A stretch of DNA of 64,000 nucleotides from Candidatus Bathyarchaeota archaeon (GCA_963768425.1 CAVYHV010000014.1:128001-192000); one strand, 5' to 3'; shown: positions 41,943-52,530, counted from the first letter of the stretch. The notes: generated by a model not told the origin, from the letters alone. Made by a program: numbers and translations.

Positions 41943-41962
41943 AGCAAAAATCAAAGAAAGAT

Positions 41963-42394
41963 TCAAGGTTTTTTCCTAACGTAACCGCAAGAGTAGCATT
42001 TTGCGTCGTGAACACAAACAACGTCACCGCAGCTGGGGCATCGAAATCTCTCAGCCTGATCCTTCAAGAACTCGTCCATACCCTTAGATTTGAGGATCCT
42101 TAAGTTTTCAACCATACTCATGCCGTAGCGTTCTCTGTAGCGTTTATCAAGATGGCTTAGTTTTTCGCAAGGCATCGTTTCACATTCGCTGCAGTATTTG
42201 ACTTCGTGGTGGGTTAGTTTTTTGCAGTCTCTTTTTATGTAACAGTTTTTAGCTCTAGGCTGGCAGCCTGCACAATAAGAGATTTTGCCCCGTACTCTCG
42301 GTACGCCGTGCATATAGGCAATATATCCTCTGCATATGCCGCAGTTCATACCGCAGGGTGCTACAAGTTCGGGGCTAAACAGCTCTTTGCTCAT
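41963..42394 (-). CDS. DUF3795 Cys-rich protein
   Basis: APCGMNCGIC, CAGC, CSEC..PC, ENL, CPSCG. Confidence 0.88.
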   Translation of the reverse strand: MSKELFSPELVAPCGMNCGICRGYIAYMHGVPRVRGKISYCAGCQPRAKNCYIKRDCKKLTHHEVKYCSECETMPCEKLSHLDKRYRERYGMSMVENLRILKSKGMDEFLKDQAERFRCPSCGDVVCVHDAKCYSCGYVRKKP

Positions 42395-42544
42395 GGGGTA
42401 TTATTAGGTAGGTTTCGTAACTTAACATTTTTGTCGGTTCTCGAAATAGAGGCAAAGACGCGAGCTTGCTTGAGGGAAAATTCTCAATGAGCGTTGTAAA
42501 ATGCCGGATGATCACGACCAAGCCAAACTAATCAGGCAAAACCC

Positions 42545-42670
42545 TTATTTTACTATGTTGAATTTACGCTCACATTCATCGCACATATATTCTTCGTAAA
42601 TAAAAAATTTGGTTACAACCTGTCTTTGAGGTTTTGAAATCTCATCATGGCAATTGGGACAATGGGCCAG
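42545..42670 (-). CDS. 41-aa Zn-ribbon microprotein (CTG start), not in ORF track
   Basis: GAGGT RBS, then (M)AHCPNCHDEISKPQRQVVTKFFIYEEYMCDECERKFNIVK. Confidence 0.65.
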   Translation of the reverse strand: MAHCPNCHDEISKPQRQVVTKFFIYEEYMCDECERKFNIVK

Positions 42671-42858
42671 TTCGGGTTACCTCTTATTTTCTTGTACGAT
42701 GCTAAAAGTATTTAAAATTTGTTGCAACTCAATCTGTAAAAATTTTAACGAACAAGAAGTCTAAACCCAAAAAGAATGGGCGTTTAGTTCTACTCACTAA
42801 CTATTAATTCTAACATTCCTCAACGTCTCGCTTCATTTTTGCATGATTATATGCTGAA

Positions 42859-43140
42859 TTGTGTACTAATGACAATTTGAACCATACTTATACCGGCGCC
42901 TTCTTTGCCAACGACAATCAGTTAGGCTTAACTTTAAGCGGCGATATACATAAGAATCCAAGTGGAAAATTATTGAAGAAAAAAGACAGTGTAGAAGTGA
43001 ATGAAGCAGAAACTTTTGAGTCATACAATGAGAAGTTGAGAAAGAAGTACGGTGACAACTGGCTAGGGAAAGGCAAGTGTACAGGACTGGAGTTTAAACG
43101 ATGGCTAGCTCTACGTGATAACAAAACAGAAATTCCATGA
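42859..43140 (+). CDS. Hypothetical protein, start uncertain
   Basis: Open frame; C-terminal half looks protein-like. Confidence 0.35.
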   Translation: MCTNDNLNHTYTGAFFANDNQLGLTLSGDIHKNPSGKLLKKKDSVEVNEAETFESYNEKLRKKYGDNWLGKGKCTGLEFKRWLALRDNKTEIP

Positions 43141-43402
43141 CGCAGGCGCCAAGAATCAGGTTAAGTGCATTCATTAACTATAATTATCAGGGCAATTCCT
43201 AACATAACACTTAATTGGGATAGGGAATTAGGAGATAATTGGGCTTTTGCGTCAGAGTCTTAAGGCAGGAGTCGAGTATTGAGGAAACATACTTCGAGGG
43301 TAATACGTTGGACCAAAACAAACGCAGCCTAGAATTAAGAGAAACCGTGAAGGTTTCGCGTCATTTCTTCCTACTGGCTGTTCTGGCTTATAGCCTCGAT
43401 CC

Positions 43403-44507
43403 TTAGTTGAACCAGTCTGGGCATGTGGATTTGAAATCGTTGAACCAGAAATTGGCAAGATCCAGAAGCCTTTTAGCTTCATCACGCGCTGCAGTGTATC
43501 CTTGCAGGTTTTCCCAAAGTTGCGCTATGATGCCCGGGTTGTCTTCGGCTATGAGTGTTGTTGCCGCTTTCTTACAAATCTCCGCCAGTATTTCTAACTC
43601 TTCAGCTCCAATGAAAGCCATCATCACCTCTAATGGAATCTCCGCAGCAGCATCTTTGATTTTATCCTTCAGATATTCCTTCAAGTATTCTTTCGGTAGT
43701 TTCAGCATAGCATTTGCTAACAGTTGTCGAGTATGTTCTTCCATCGCCCGTGCAAAGTCAGCCTGCTTACGTGCATCTTCATACCTCGCCTTCAAATTAA
43801 CGCATTCTTTGAAGTGCGTTTTTGCCTCTTCTTGCTTTTCCGTCTCTGGCGATCTTAGAAGTTGTGGAGTTGAAGCATCACCAAGAACGACAGCGTCAGT
43901 TGGCGCAGGGTACGATGTGGCTTGAATCGGAACTGCTCCGGCTCCAGCAGGGAGAACTGCTACTAGAACAGCGATGGCTCCTATGATTACAGAGAAAATG
44001 GTTAATGGTTGCGAAAAATCGAAAGTTGAGATAGATTCAGAACCGCCTCCGCCTCCTCCTCCACTGGTAGAAGTGCTTGATCCTGAGCTTGATCCACCAC
44101 CGATGACTACCGGTTGAGACACGGAGCCTGAAAAAGTTCCAGAGCCTGTTGGCATATGTGCTACTGGCGCATACTCACTTGCAGATTGGTAAGCGTGGTA
44201 GAAGTCATGCGTGAATGCACCGTTGAAACTGTAAGAATCTGATGCTCCATCGCCGTAGCCGATCGTAACGGGATCTACATTGTACAAGTCGACCCAAACT
44301 CTGAAATCTATAGTGGCGCCAACTGGAATTGATCCTCCAGCATATTCATACATGACTCCACCATAGGTGTAGCTTTCAACTGTGATTGATGGAAATCCGC
44401 TACTGTCTTGCTGTGCCCTTACAGGAACTGAGCTGAGAAGAAAAGGCCATTAGACCCGCAAATAAACCAATAGCAACAATTATTGAAACCCGACTCATTT
44501 TCCCCAT
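43403..44507 (-). CDS. Membrane protein: signal peptide, PKD-like domain, Ser/Gly linker, TM, helical C-domain (frameshift ~44445)
   Basis: VTIGYGDG..HAY PKD-like pattern; signal peptide in upstream frame. Confidence 0.65.
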
Positions 44508-44509
44508 AT

Positions 44510-45406
44510 TTATCTCATCCTCCCCTTTTTAGCAACTGACCAATTGCTCCTCATGCCCGATCCTGGAATTGACATCGTTCCGCGAACAGCTTTATCGAAA
44601 CTCGTTTGATTGATACCAAGAAACATGATGGATTGCAGAAATCCGCTAGGGTGAACATCTCCAATTGCATAAACAAGTTTGTTCAAACTGCCAGACTGGA
44701 TTAGGTTAGTGTGGTTGGAAGGCATTATGAACTGGGTTCCTCCAAAATCGATGATTTTAGACCGTAGGGGTTTGAACCTAGCAACTTCTGGGGAGACCTG
44801 AGGATTCATGTTTGGCACTCCGTTCATTTCCATCACCTTTTCTCTGGCAAGTATTCGGTTTGTGGAGCGCCTCAAGGATCGTGATACTCCGCTAAAGGCG
44901 ATGGCGAAGATGCTGAGCATCAATACGTAAATCGCAAATGTCGTGGGGTCTAGTGAGGTGCTCTTGGCTTCAAAAAGACCGACCATTACGGCTGATAAAC
45001 CTAAAATGCCACCGAATATTCGAGTGATCCCCGCAGGAGCGCTGTAGACTCTCTGAATCGCCTTTTTCTGGCTCAAGGTAATGTTGACTTCGTGTGGATT
45101 TCGCTCTGCCGAGGCGGGTGGCATATTGCCGAGGTTAAGAGGCTTGGAGGACTGAAAGGGTGGAGGCACTGGTTCAACAGTTGCCCCTTTGGTTGGAAGC
45201 TGGCGACCGCAATCGCCACAGAAACTGTAGCCCTCAGGTGCTTGTGCTCCGCAGAAAGGACAGAAACGTGATTTAGGAGAACTGTAAGCGGGTTGTGCAG
45301 GTTTTGTTTGTTGGGCGTTTTGAATCAAGGCTGTTCCGCAATCTGGGCAAAATTGAGGGTTTCCTTGAAGTTGTTTTCCGCATGCAAAACAAAAACCTTT
45401 AGGCAT
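44510..45406 (-). CDS. Double zinc-ribbon membrane protein
   Basis: CFAC/CPDC and CPFC/CGDC, two TMs. Confidence 0.85.
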   Translation of the reverse strand: MPKGFCFACGKQLQGNPQFCPDCGTALIQNAQQTKPAQPAYSSPKSRFCPFCGAQAPEGYSFCGDCGRQLPTKGATVEPVPPPFQSSKPLNLGNMPPASAERNPHEVNITLSQKKAIQRVYSAPAGITRIFGGILGLSAVMVGLFEAKSTSLDPTTFAIYVLMLSIFAIAFSGVSRSLRRSTNRILAREKVMEMNGVPNMNPQVSPEVARFKPLRSKIIDFGGTQFIMPSNHTNLIQSGSLNKLVYAIGDVHPSGFLQSIMFLGINQTSFDKAVRGTMSIPGSGMRSNWSVAKKGRMR

Positions 45407-46090
45407 TGTTGTTCACCGTTCAGGTTATTTTGTTCGCGGGTTTTCTATTTACTACTTATGATTTAAGGCTCATGATTCTGAGTTTTGTTACACAATCAAT
45501 AAATGTTCATAATCTTAAAATCAAGTTTCACACGCACTATGTACTTATAAAGAGATTTCTTAATAAGTGATGTAAATGCCTGATAATTATATTTGAATCC
45601 CTCTCTCCTCCAACGACGACGATAACCTGGCCGCCTGAAACGAGCGTAACGTTTTTTCCCAGACTCATAACCTTACAGTTTAGCGCCAATGCCTCGTCCA
45701 AATGTGTGTGAGATTGAATTTTAATCCTCTCTCCACTACCTTCCTTCTTACATGCACGTAATAATGATGGGGAGAGAGAGACAGGGGGAGGGGGGCACGA
45801 GACACAAACGATCTTTTCCAGCAGTTTGCTTGCAGCAGGTGAAGTATAGCATGCTAAAAATATTCTAAAAAAGAGGACGCGTTAACTAAAAAAATTACTA
45901 ATGGTTTAAGTGAACATGCTTTCTCAGTCTGTTCTCCACTTCAAGCAGACGGAGCAAGCATATACTGTAGTAGGAAGAAAGTAAAGCCAATGGAAAAATT
46001 AATTCAAGACATAAGCAGGGAAACTAGGAATCGTCTAGAATTGCCTAGCCTATTCTATTGCGTCTGCATCTAAATCGGCAAAAGCCGCGT

Positions 46091-46718
46091 TTAGTACGCA
46101 TAAACTATGTTAACGCTTGCGGTTGCTGCATTCGATACTGTGTTACCAATGAAAATATTTACAGTCACTGGATCGTTTGGAGAACCAAGCACTGGGAAGC
46201 CCACATTATATCCATATCCATTCACCCCAAAAGTTACTGTCTGATTATAGTGGACAAAACTCTCATAAGTCCAGCTTGTCTTTGCGTACCAGTCAGCATT
46301 GTCACTGCCAGAAGTATATAACGTCAAAGAAATATAGCCAGAAAAGTTGATGTAATATGAATAGGAACTGCCGCTTGGATTGACATCTCCTTGAGAAACC
46401 AAATTTGTTGTGTTATCAAAATTTTCCAAGGTTGAAAGTTCAGTCTCAGCTTGCTGTAGTTGACTAACAACTGATGAACTACTCGCAGAGGAAAATAGAT
46501 TTTCGTCAGCTAAAAACTGACTTTTTAAGCCCTCAAATTCTTGGTTAGTATGCGAGTGGGCATCGACATATGCTGAGGTGGAAGACTTGAAGATTATTGT
46601 ATGAGGCATTTGAACTACTCCAATAAGCAACAGCTACTGTAAGGGCTATCAACAAAATTACGCATGATATTGCCAATACTATGGTGGTTGTATTGATTTT
46701 TTCAATAGTATTTTTCAT
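46091..46718 (-). CDS. Membrane-anchored extracellular protein (frameshift ~46585)
   Basis: N-terminal TM in upstream frame, HSHTNQEF, coiled segment, beta-rich C-domain. Confidence 0.6.
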
Positions 46719-46783
46719 TCTTGATTACCGCTTGTCTATTTGACTTCTTTAATGATATAAATTCTTACTTCCATCATCTCTAA

Positions 46784-46963
46784 TGCAAAAGACAGTCGTA
46801 TCAGCAGCTGTCTTATGGTTTGCAGCACTAGGCTGCTTCATAAGAGCCTAGGCGACGGATTGCACGAGCGGGGGAAGCGAAGCAAGCTAGGAAAAAGTTC
46901 AACTAAAGCCAGGCGGCATTAGCTGGCTTTTTCATTAGATAGCTAGCTCTGCTAGTGAGGATA
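46784..46963. ncRNA. Candidate structured RNA or ssDNA element
   Basis: Nested stems TCTTATG/CATAAGA, GCAGC/GCTGC, AAAGCCAG/CTGGCTTT, AGCTAG/CTAGCT in a GC-richer intergenic island. Confidence 0.35.
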
Positions 46964-47244
46964 AAGCATAGTTAGTCCCTGTAGAATAAAAAATAAACGA
47001 GAACGATCTTGTCAACCGAAATTCTCTGTTGTGTTCTTGATACATAACGATTTACGAAATATAGCTTATATTCCTTTTTCGGGGCTGTACTTGTAACCGT
47101 AATCGTGGAGAATCTGGATGAGAGACGAGGGTTCATCTGATGATCGTATGGACTCGGTGACCTTAATTATCATCTAGAAAGGAATTAAAAAAGTGGAATA
47201 GCGAAAAAAAGGAAACCAATTAGTAAGATTTCAAGGAGAGCCTG

Positions 47245-48473
47245 ATGAAAATGCAAATGGAATTGGAAAAAGCTGATGTTAAAAGTTTTTATGTGTACGC
47301 TAAGAAGTCCTGTCCTAGACGCAGTTTAGAGGCTACAGCTTTAGTCAAATATCTTGTCGCGAACGGTTTGCTGACCGCCAGTAAGCCTAAGGAAGCAGAT
47401 TTAATTTTCATATATACATGTGGAGGCTTCAGTAAAAATGAGGCTTCTTCTCTGTTCACTATCAAGAAAGCGGTGGACATGCATGGAAGTCAAGTCATTG
47501 TCACAGGGTGCCTACCAAAGATTATCCCGGACAAACTCAAAGTTTTTCCCAACATTACCATTATTTCCCCAGACGAAATGGCAAAACTCGATTCATTAAT
47601 AAACGCAAAAATTCCATACTCCACTTTCTCTGATTTCAACCGTTAGTGGTATACATGATCTTATATAATGATAAGAGATTAACTCGTCTTAAACAAAACA
47701 TTATAACAAACGGTAAACTAAAAACAGGTAGCACTTACGTCAAAAAAAATCTTTTGCACAAATCAAGTACAGTTTTTATGGACCAAAGCTTTTATAGACT
47801 TGAAATTGCAAAAGGCTGCCTTGGCAATTGTAGCTATTGTGCAATAAAGTTGGCGATGCCTAAATTCCACAGCTATCCACCAAGCGAAATTATCGAAAAT
47901 TTTAGAAATGGATTAAACGCCGGTTACAAGAATTTTGCACTTATAGCTGGAGACATTGGCTGCTATGGCGTTGACATTGATACCAATTTACCCAAGCTTT
48001 TAGAAGAATTGTTCAAAGTAAAAGGCGACTATAAAGTAGCATTGGTTGATTTTAATGTTCGCTGGCTTGCAAAAAATTATTTGGAATTCTTAGAAGTTCT
48101 AAAATCTAATTCGGAAAAGATACTCAAAGTTATCATGCCCATTCAATCAGGCAGTGACAAGATTTTGAAACTAATGAATCGTCACTATGAGATCGATAAT
48201 GTTAAACGATGCATTCTAGATCTGAAAAAAAATATCCCAGAAATATTTATCGAAACTCACATAATGGTTGGATTTCCGGGAGAAACTGAAGATGATTTTT
48301 CCAGGTCTATTCAACTAGTTAAGGAAATACAATTCAGCAGGGTCCACGTCTACACTTATGAAGAAAGACCGGGTACTTTGGCACTGAGCTTATCAGAAAA
48401 AGTTCCGAGAGAGCAAATTGACAGACGGGTAAAAATACTGCAAAGAGAAACTAAAACTCGAGATGGAAACTAA
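47245..48473 (+). CDS. Methylthiotransferase-like radical SAM protein without TRAM (frameshift ~47645)
   Basis: UPF0004 Cys (SCP, TCG, TGCL); CLGNCSYC; PIQSGSD; MVGFPGETEDDF. Confidence 0.85.
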
Positions 48474-48744
48474 ATGCGACCCGCACGAGTAGCGCGTGTG
48501 TGTTTGAGTTGGGGATTAAAATTTTATTCAATCAAATGGCAAAAGCGCGCTAACTGTTAATTTACTTAAATTTCTTTAGCACTTAAACACATATACTTAT
48601 AAGTGTGTATGGACATAGTATGTTATGTGAATAAGTGAATCACAGCAAAAATGCAAAAAATAAACGCGAAATTTGGAAATTGGCGATTCACTTATTTTAA
48701 AAATGTAGTGACACGCAAATCTGCAATAAAAGCAAGTGAATAAA

Positions 48745-48888
48745 ATGGGCCGCATTAATGTTGACATTTCAGACGAACTCGAAAAACAACTAAGACTAAA
48801 AACAGTAGAAAGGTTCGGAGGCAAAAAAGGCGACTTATCCCGAGCTGTTCAAGAAGCAGTAAAAACATGGCTCGACAAAAAGCAATAA
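48745..48888 (+). CDS. Ribbon-helix-helix protein (47 aa), not in ORF track
   Basis: MGRINVDISDELEKQLRLKTVERFGGKKGDLSRAVQEAVKTWL. Confidence 0.8.
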   Translation: MGRINVDISDELEKQLRLKTVERFGGKKGDLSRAVQEAVKTWLDKKQ

Positions 48889-48900
48889 AGAATGAAGTCG

Positions 48901-49025
48901 CCCCTCCTCAATTACGATAACTACATTGTAAGAATGCCTAACAAAAAGGCACGGGGAAAGCCAGTTAGCCTCTAACACCTTCCGGAAGGTGTCATACGAG
49001 CAATCTAGCTGGAAACCCCTCCAGC
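48901..49025. ncRNA. Candidate structured RNA element
   Basis: Stems TTACGAT/ATTGTAA, TGCCT/AGGCA, CCAGTTAG/CTAGCTGG and a perfect 18-bp palindrome ACACCTTCCGGAAGGTGT. Confidence 0.4.
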
Positions 49026-49053
49026 ATCACATTAAGTTACATTTATCTGGTTG

Positions 49054-49212
49054 ATGAAAATGGTTAATAAAAATTTGGAACTTGTGTTCATCGATAAGCA
49101 AGGAAAATGGTACCCGCTAGACGAAGTCAAACATGAAGATTTAGCGACTGGTCTAGAAAAAATTTCTAAAGAAGTCGCCAAACGACTGCAATTAGTAAAA
49201 GAACAAAGATAG
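49054..49212 (+). CDS. 52-aa hypothetical protein
   Basis: MKMVNKNLELVFIDKQGKWYPLDEV.. Confidence 0.5.
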   Translation: MKMVNKNLELVFIDKQGKWYPLDEVKHEDLATGLEKISKEVAKRLQLVKEQR

Positions 49213-49326
49213 AAAAATTTCAGGTACTTGTTCACCAATTAACCAATAAAAGTAAATGGAAATCGGTTCAAAAATAACTCTGCCAACATTTCCCTAATCC
49301 TAATTTTCTAATAATAAAGAATCGAG

Positions 49327-49917
49327 GTGAAAAAAATGACTGAAGAACAAAAAAAGGCGCCGGTCAAGGCGATACCAAAATCTGAAACAACAGTAAAGCC
49401 CATAAAACATGTTCTCGCTAAACCTGTTCCTGCCAAAGTTCCTGCTAAGCGCATTCCTGCCAAACAAGTTCCCGCAGTACATGTCCTGACTACATTCGAC
49501 GATCTGATTGACAATTTTCGCAAAAACTTCATAGAAAGCATAGCTTTCCCATTTGATTGGATAAGTGTTGAACCTGTCGTTCCAGTTCGTGAAGCAACTG
49601 TAGATCTGGTCGATGAAGGAAACAAATTTGTGGTGCTCGCTGAGATGCCTGGCGTAACAAAAGACAATATTGACGTAGCATTGACGAAAGATGGCATAGA
49701 AATATCGGCTGAAACAGATGTTGAAACGAAAGATACGGAAAAGAACTTTGTAGTCAGAGAACGCGTTTACTCGCACATTTACAAACAACTAGCGTTCCCC
49801 GAAGAAGTAATCCCTGAGAAAGCTGAATCCACATTTAGGAACGGATTACTTGAAGTCTCCATCCCAAAAAAGACGATTGCACCCGCACCCAAAAAACACA
49901 AAGTAACAGTGAAATAG
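49327..49917 (+). CDS. Small heat shock protein (Hsp20)
   Basis: VDLVDEG, AEMPGV, RER, FPEEV, FRNGLLEVSIPK. Confidence 0.95.
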   Translation: MKKMTEEQKKAPVKAIPKSETTVKPIKHVLAKPVPAKVPAKRIPAKQVPAVHVLTTFDDLIDNFRKNFIESIAFPFDWISVEPVVPVREATVDLVDEGNKFVVLAEMPGVTKDNIDVALTKDGIEISAETDVETKDTEKNFVVRERVYSHIYKQLAFPEEVIPEKAESTFRNGLLEVSIPKKTIAPAPKKHKVTVK

Positions 49918-50072
49918 CCAATAACGTAGTAGCATTTTCATGCTCCTCACTATTTCCCGCAATATTTTTAAAAAACTCTCCTTATTCAAAGGTTTTTCTG
50001 TTTGAGAATTGGAAAGTGTCGAGTGGAGTTAACCTTTGAGAGAAATTCTTGGAGCGAACAGGGTATAAACGG

Positions 50073-50297
50073 TTATTGGTAGGTTTTATGCCTGTCCGTT
50101 GTCTCTTTGCTTATCTTGTTTTTTCCTAAACCGCCGTTGTGTGCGCTCAACACGAATTGAAGAGTGTTTTCTTTGAAAAATTCTCTAAATTGATTTCCAC
50201 ATTTAGTGCACTTGTACATCTTAACTCGGAATCGCCCAAAGTTCCATTCCTTTTCAGGGCCTTGCGTGTGCGCTGTACAATTAAGACATTTTGGCAT
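50073..50297 (-). CDS. Zn-ribbon protein, Cren7-like pattern
   Basis: MPKCLNC..PEKEWNFGRFRVKMYKCTKCGNQFR. Confidence 0.7.
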   Translation of the reverse strand: MPKCLNCTAHTQGPEKEWNFGRFRVKMYKCTKCGNQFREFFKENTLQFVLSAHNGGLGKNKISKETTDRHKTYQ

Positions 50298-50429
50298 AAA
50301 CGTCAACCTATCAAGCTAAAGAGCAAAATGGCTATATATTACACGTTAAGGCGCTAGTGCCAAAGGCTCATTTGCTTTTCCAGCGCGAATAGTGAATCAA
50401 ACTTGAAGAGGTTGTAGCCAAAAGCCGTC

Positions 50430-50618
50430 TTATCCTCTGTTAGGCGCCATTTTGAATTGGCGCCTTTGTTTTTTTCCACGAGGGGTGCGTGACCCCTTTG
50501 GCAATTCATTTTGCTTCTCACTTACTTTTTTGTTCTTCTTACCGCTGTATCGTTTCACTTCTTTTTCGTGAGATGGTGGTTGCTTTATTTCTTTATCAAC
50601 ACTTTCTTTTTCACTCAT
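50430..50618 (-). CDS. Small basic hydrophilic protein
   Basis: 62 aa, K/R-rich, GGTGA RBS. Confidence 0.6.
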   Translation of the reverse strand: MSEKESVDKEIKQPPSHEKEVKRYSGKKNKKVSEKQNELPKGSRTPRGKKQRRQFKMAPNRG

Positions 50619-50633
50619 ATTCTTTCACCTAAA

Positions 50634-50945
50634 CTATTTGGGTTTTAATTCTCTATCTTCACTATAGTCTCTGTCTTCATGGACTTCCTCTTCAGCTTCA
50701 TCTTCGCTTTCTTCTTCAGCCTCTCTTGCTTCTTCTCCTTTCGCCATTGCTTCATCTTCTGATTCGCCTCTTGGTGGATAAGCCTTATCCAACCAAACTT
50801 CAAACTGCGTTTTGCTTTCAGAGCTGGAAAAAGCCCATTTACACAATTCACTGATAACCTTGCTAACATCAATTTCGTGGTCGTCAGCCAAACGATTCAA
50901 AAACTCTTCCCAATTCGAAGGTAAAGACACAGAAAAACTACCCAT
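50634..50945 (-). CDS. RHH-like protein with acidic tail
   Basis: SFSVSLPSNWEEFLNRLA..VSKVISEL; E/D-rich C-terminus. Confidence 0.7.
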   Translation of the reverse strand: MGSFSVSLPSNWEEFLNRLADDHEIDVSKVISELCKWAFSSSESKTQFEVWLDKAYPPRGESEDEAMAKGEEAREAEEESEDEAEEEVHEDRDYSEDRELKPK

Positions 50946-51115
50946 CTAAAAACAAACTCCACTATTTTGTTAGCACTAAGTTATATTTAAGCTTCAAATA
51001 TCGCTTTGGAATTATACTTAGCTGCCTAATCAGTCGATGCCCAAAGCCAAACCCGACATTAAGCGCGTGATGAGTTAAAGATAAAAGCGACAGATGTTTT
51101 GGAGTTACTATCGGG

Positions 51116-51388
51116 ATGAGTCAGTTGACAAACGTTCAAGCAAGTAAATGGGAACCAGACGCTAGAACAGAACCAGAGCCTAGAAGAGAACCGTTGCCTA
51201 GAACAGAACCAGAGCCCAGAACCGAAACCGCGCCCAGGACAGAAACAGCTCCGAGAACGGAACCAATGAACAATAAGATACAAACAATCAAGTGCCCATC
51301 TTGCGGTTATCTTTTAGTATATTCTAAAGGAACTGAGAAACAAAGCATCAGATGCACAAAATGCGGACACATCGTCCAAGTAGAGTAG
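51116..51388 (+). CDS. Hexapeptide-repeat plus Zn-ribbon microprotein
   Basis: Six E(P/T)xPRT-like units, then CPSC..CTKC. Confidence 0.75.
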   Translation: MSQLTNVQASKWEPDARTEPEPRREPLPRTEPEPRTETAPRTETAPRTEPMNNKIQTIKCPSCGYLLVYSKGTEKQSIRCTKCGHIVQVE

Positions 51389-51627
51389 GATCCATTCAGT
51401 TTTGAGTTTGGGCGCGGGTTTTTTCACGAAATCACCTATATGGGTTGCTTTCATAACACACGTTTTAATTGTAGCACAAAAAAGATGATTATTTTGGTTT
51501 TTCTGAACATGACTTTGCAGTAACGCCGCACAAACCAATGAATGCATCAAAGGCGCGCATTTGCAACAGATCAGGATTTTTCAACAATGACTTTAATCAT
51601 TTCTTCTGAAGCTGCAATACCGTTAAC

Positions 51628-52530
51628 TCATCGAATTCGTAGATCCTTTTTTCTTTCTATTAAGTCTGTAATTTCGTCAAATTCGCTAGTGTAGTCTTTG
51701 TGTTCTTTAACCAATCTTTTGAGTCTGTTTTGGTTAAAGTAGCCTTCATAAAATCCGAAGAACATGATCGCAAAGAACCCATACACAAGATAGTTGCCAA
51801 AAGCTGCAACGCCTTGCGAAACAACTAAGAGTAAAATTGGAAAAAGTACACCGAGAGAACCAATATAAGCCGACATTGATCAAATTAGAGCACCCATAAC
51901 ATCAATCTTGTTATCATTTATGCTCTTGGCGAGACCTGCTTTTCGTTCCCAAAGAGTTGATGTATCACTGAAGTCAACTGCACTAAACAGACTATCAAAA
52001 GCTCCAATCGAAATATTGTTTGTTCGACTTTTGAATGCGCTGTTCATTTTTAGATGATAGAACTCTCGATGCTCCTGATATTCACGCTTTATAATTGTAG
52101 CATCAATATACGGTGTCCTTCTAACCATGCGGAAAGCATACTTAACGTTTTCAACAAACTTTTTACCGACCAGTTCTTGTTCAGCTTTTCTTGCAGCACG
52201 TGCCTCATTAAGTATATCTTGTTTTTCTTCTTCCTTCAAAATTTGTTTTTCTTTAGTTGTCATAATTTTGTGCGAAAATCGATGATTGTTAGAACATTTG
52301 TAAATTATAGTAGAAACCGGAGGAGGTACATATAATTCTGCGACTTTTTCTGCGCAATATGGGCAAATATATCCAGAATCGTGCCAATCTGGGTCTTCAT
52401 CTATCTCCTTGTTATTATCTTTCTCCCACTGTTTTATCCAATGCCTTGTTTGTCCCCAGCCACCGCTCAAACTTGGATACAGAACTTTCGAATCTTTTAT
52501 CGCTTGCATGATATCTGCTTCTGTTCGCAC
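51628..52530 (-). CDS. Membrane protein with Zn motif (probable frameshift ~51880)
   Basis: CPYC..CSNNH; the adjacent 82-aa ORF supplies two TMs. Confidence 0.55.

Noticed and set aside
47114-47162. C/D-box sRNA or hammerhead suggested by CTGATGA
   Set aside because: C and D boxes are degenerate and the hammerhead stem/GAAA geometry is not met
48621-48644. TGT..ACA 24-mer upstream of the RHH gene
   Set aside because: Inner hexamers are out of register and there is no TTAA at 5 bp
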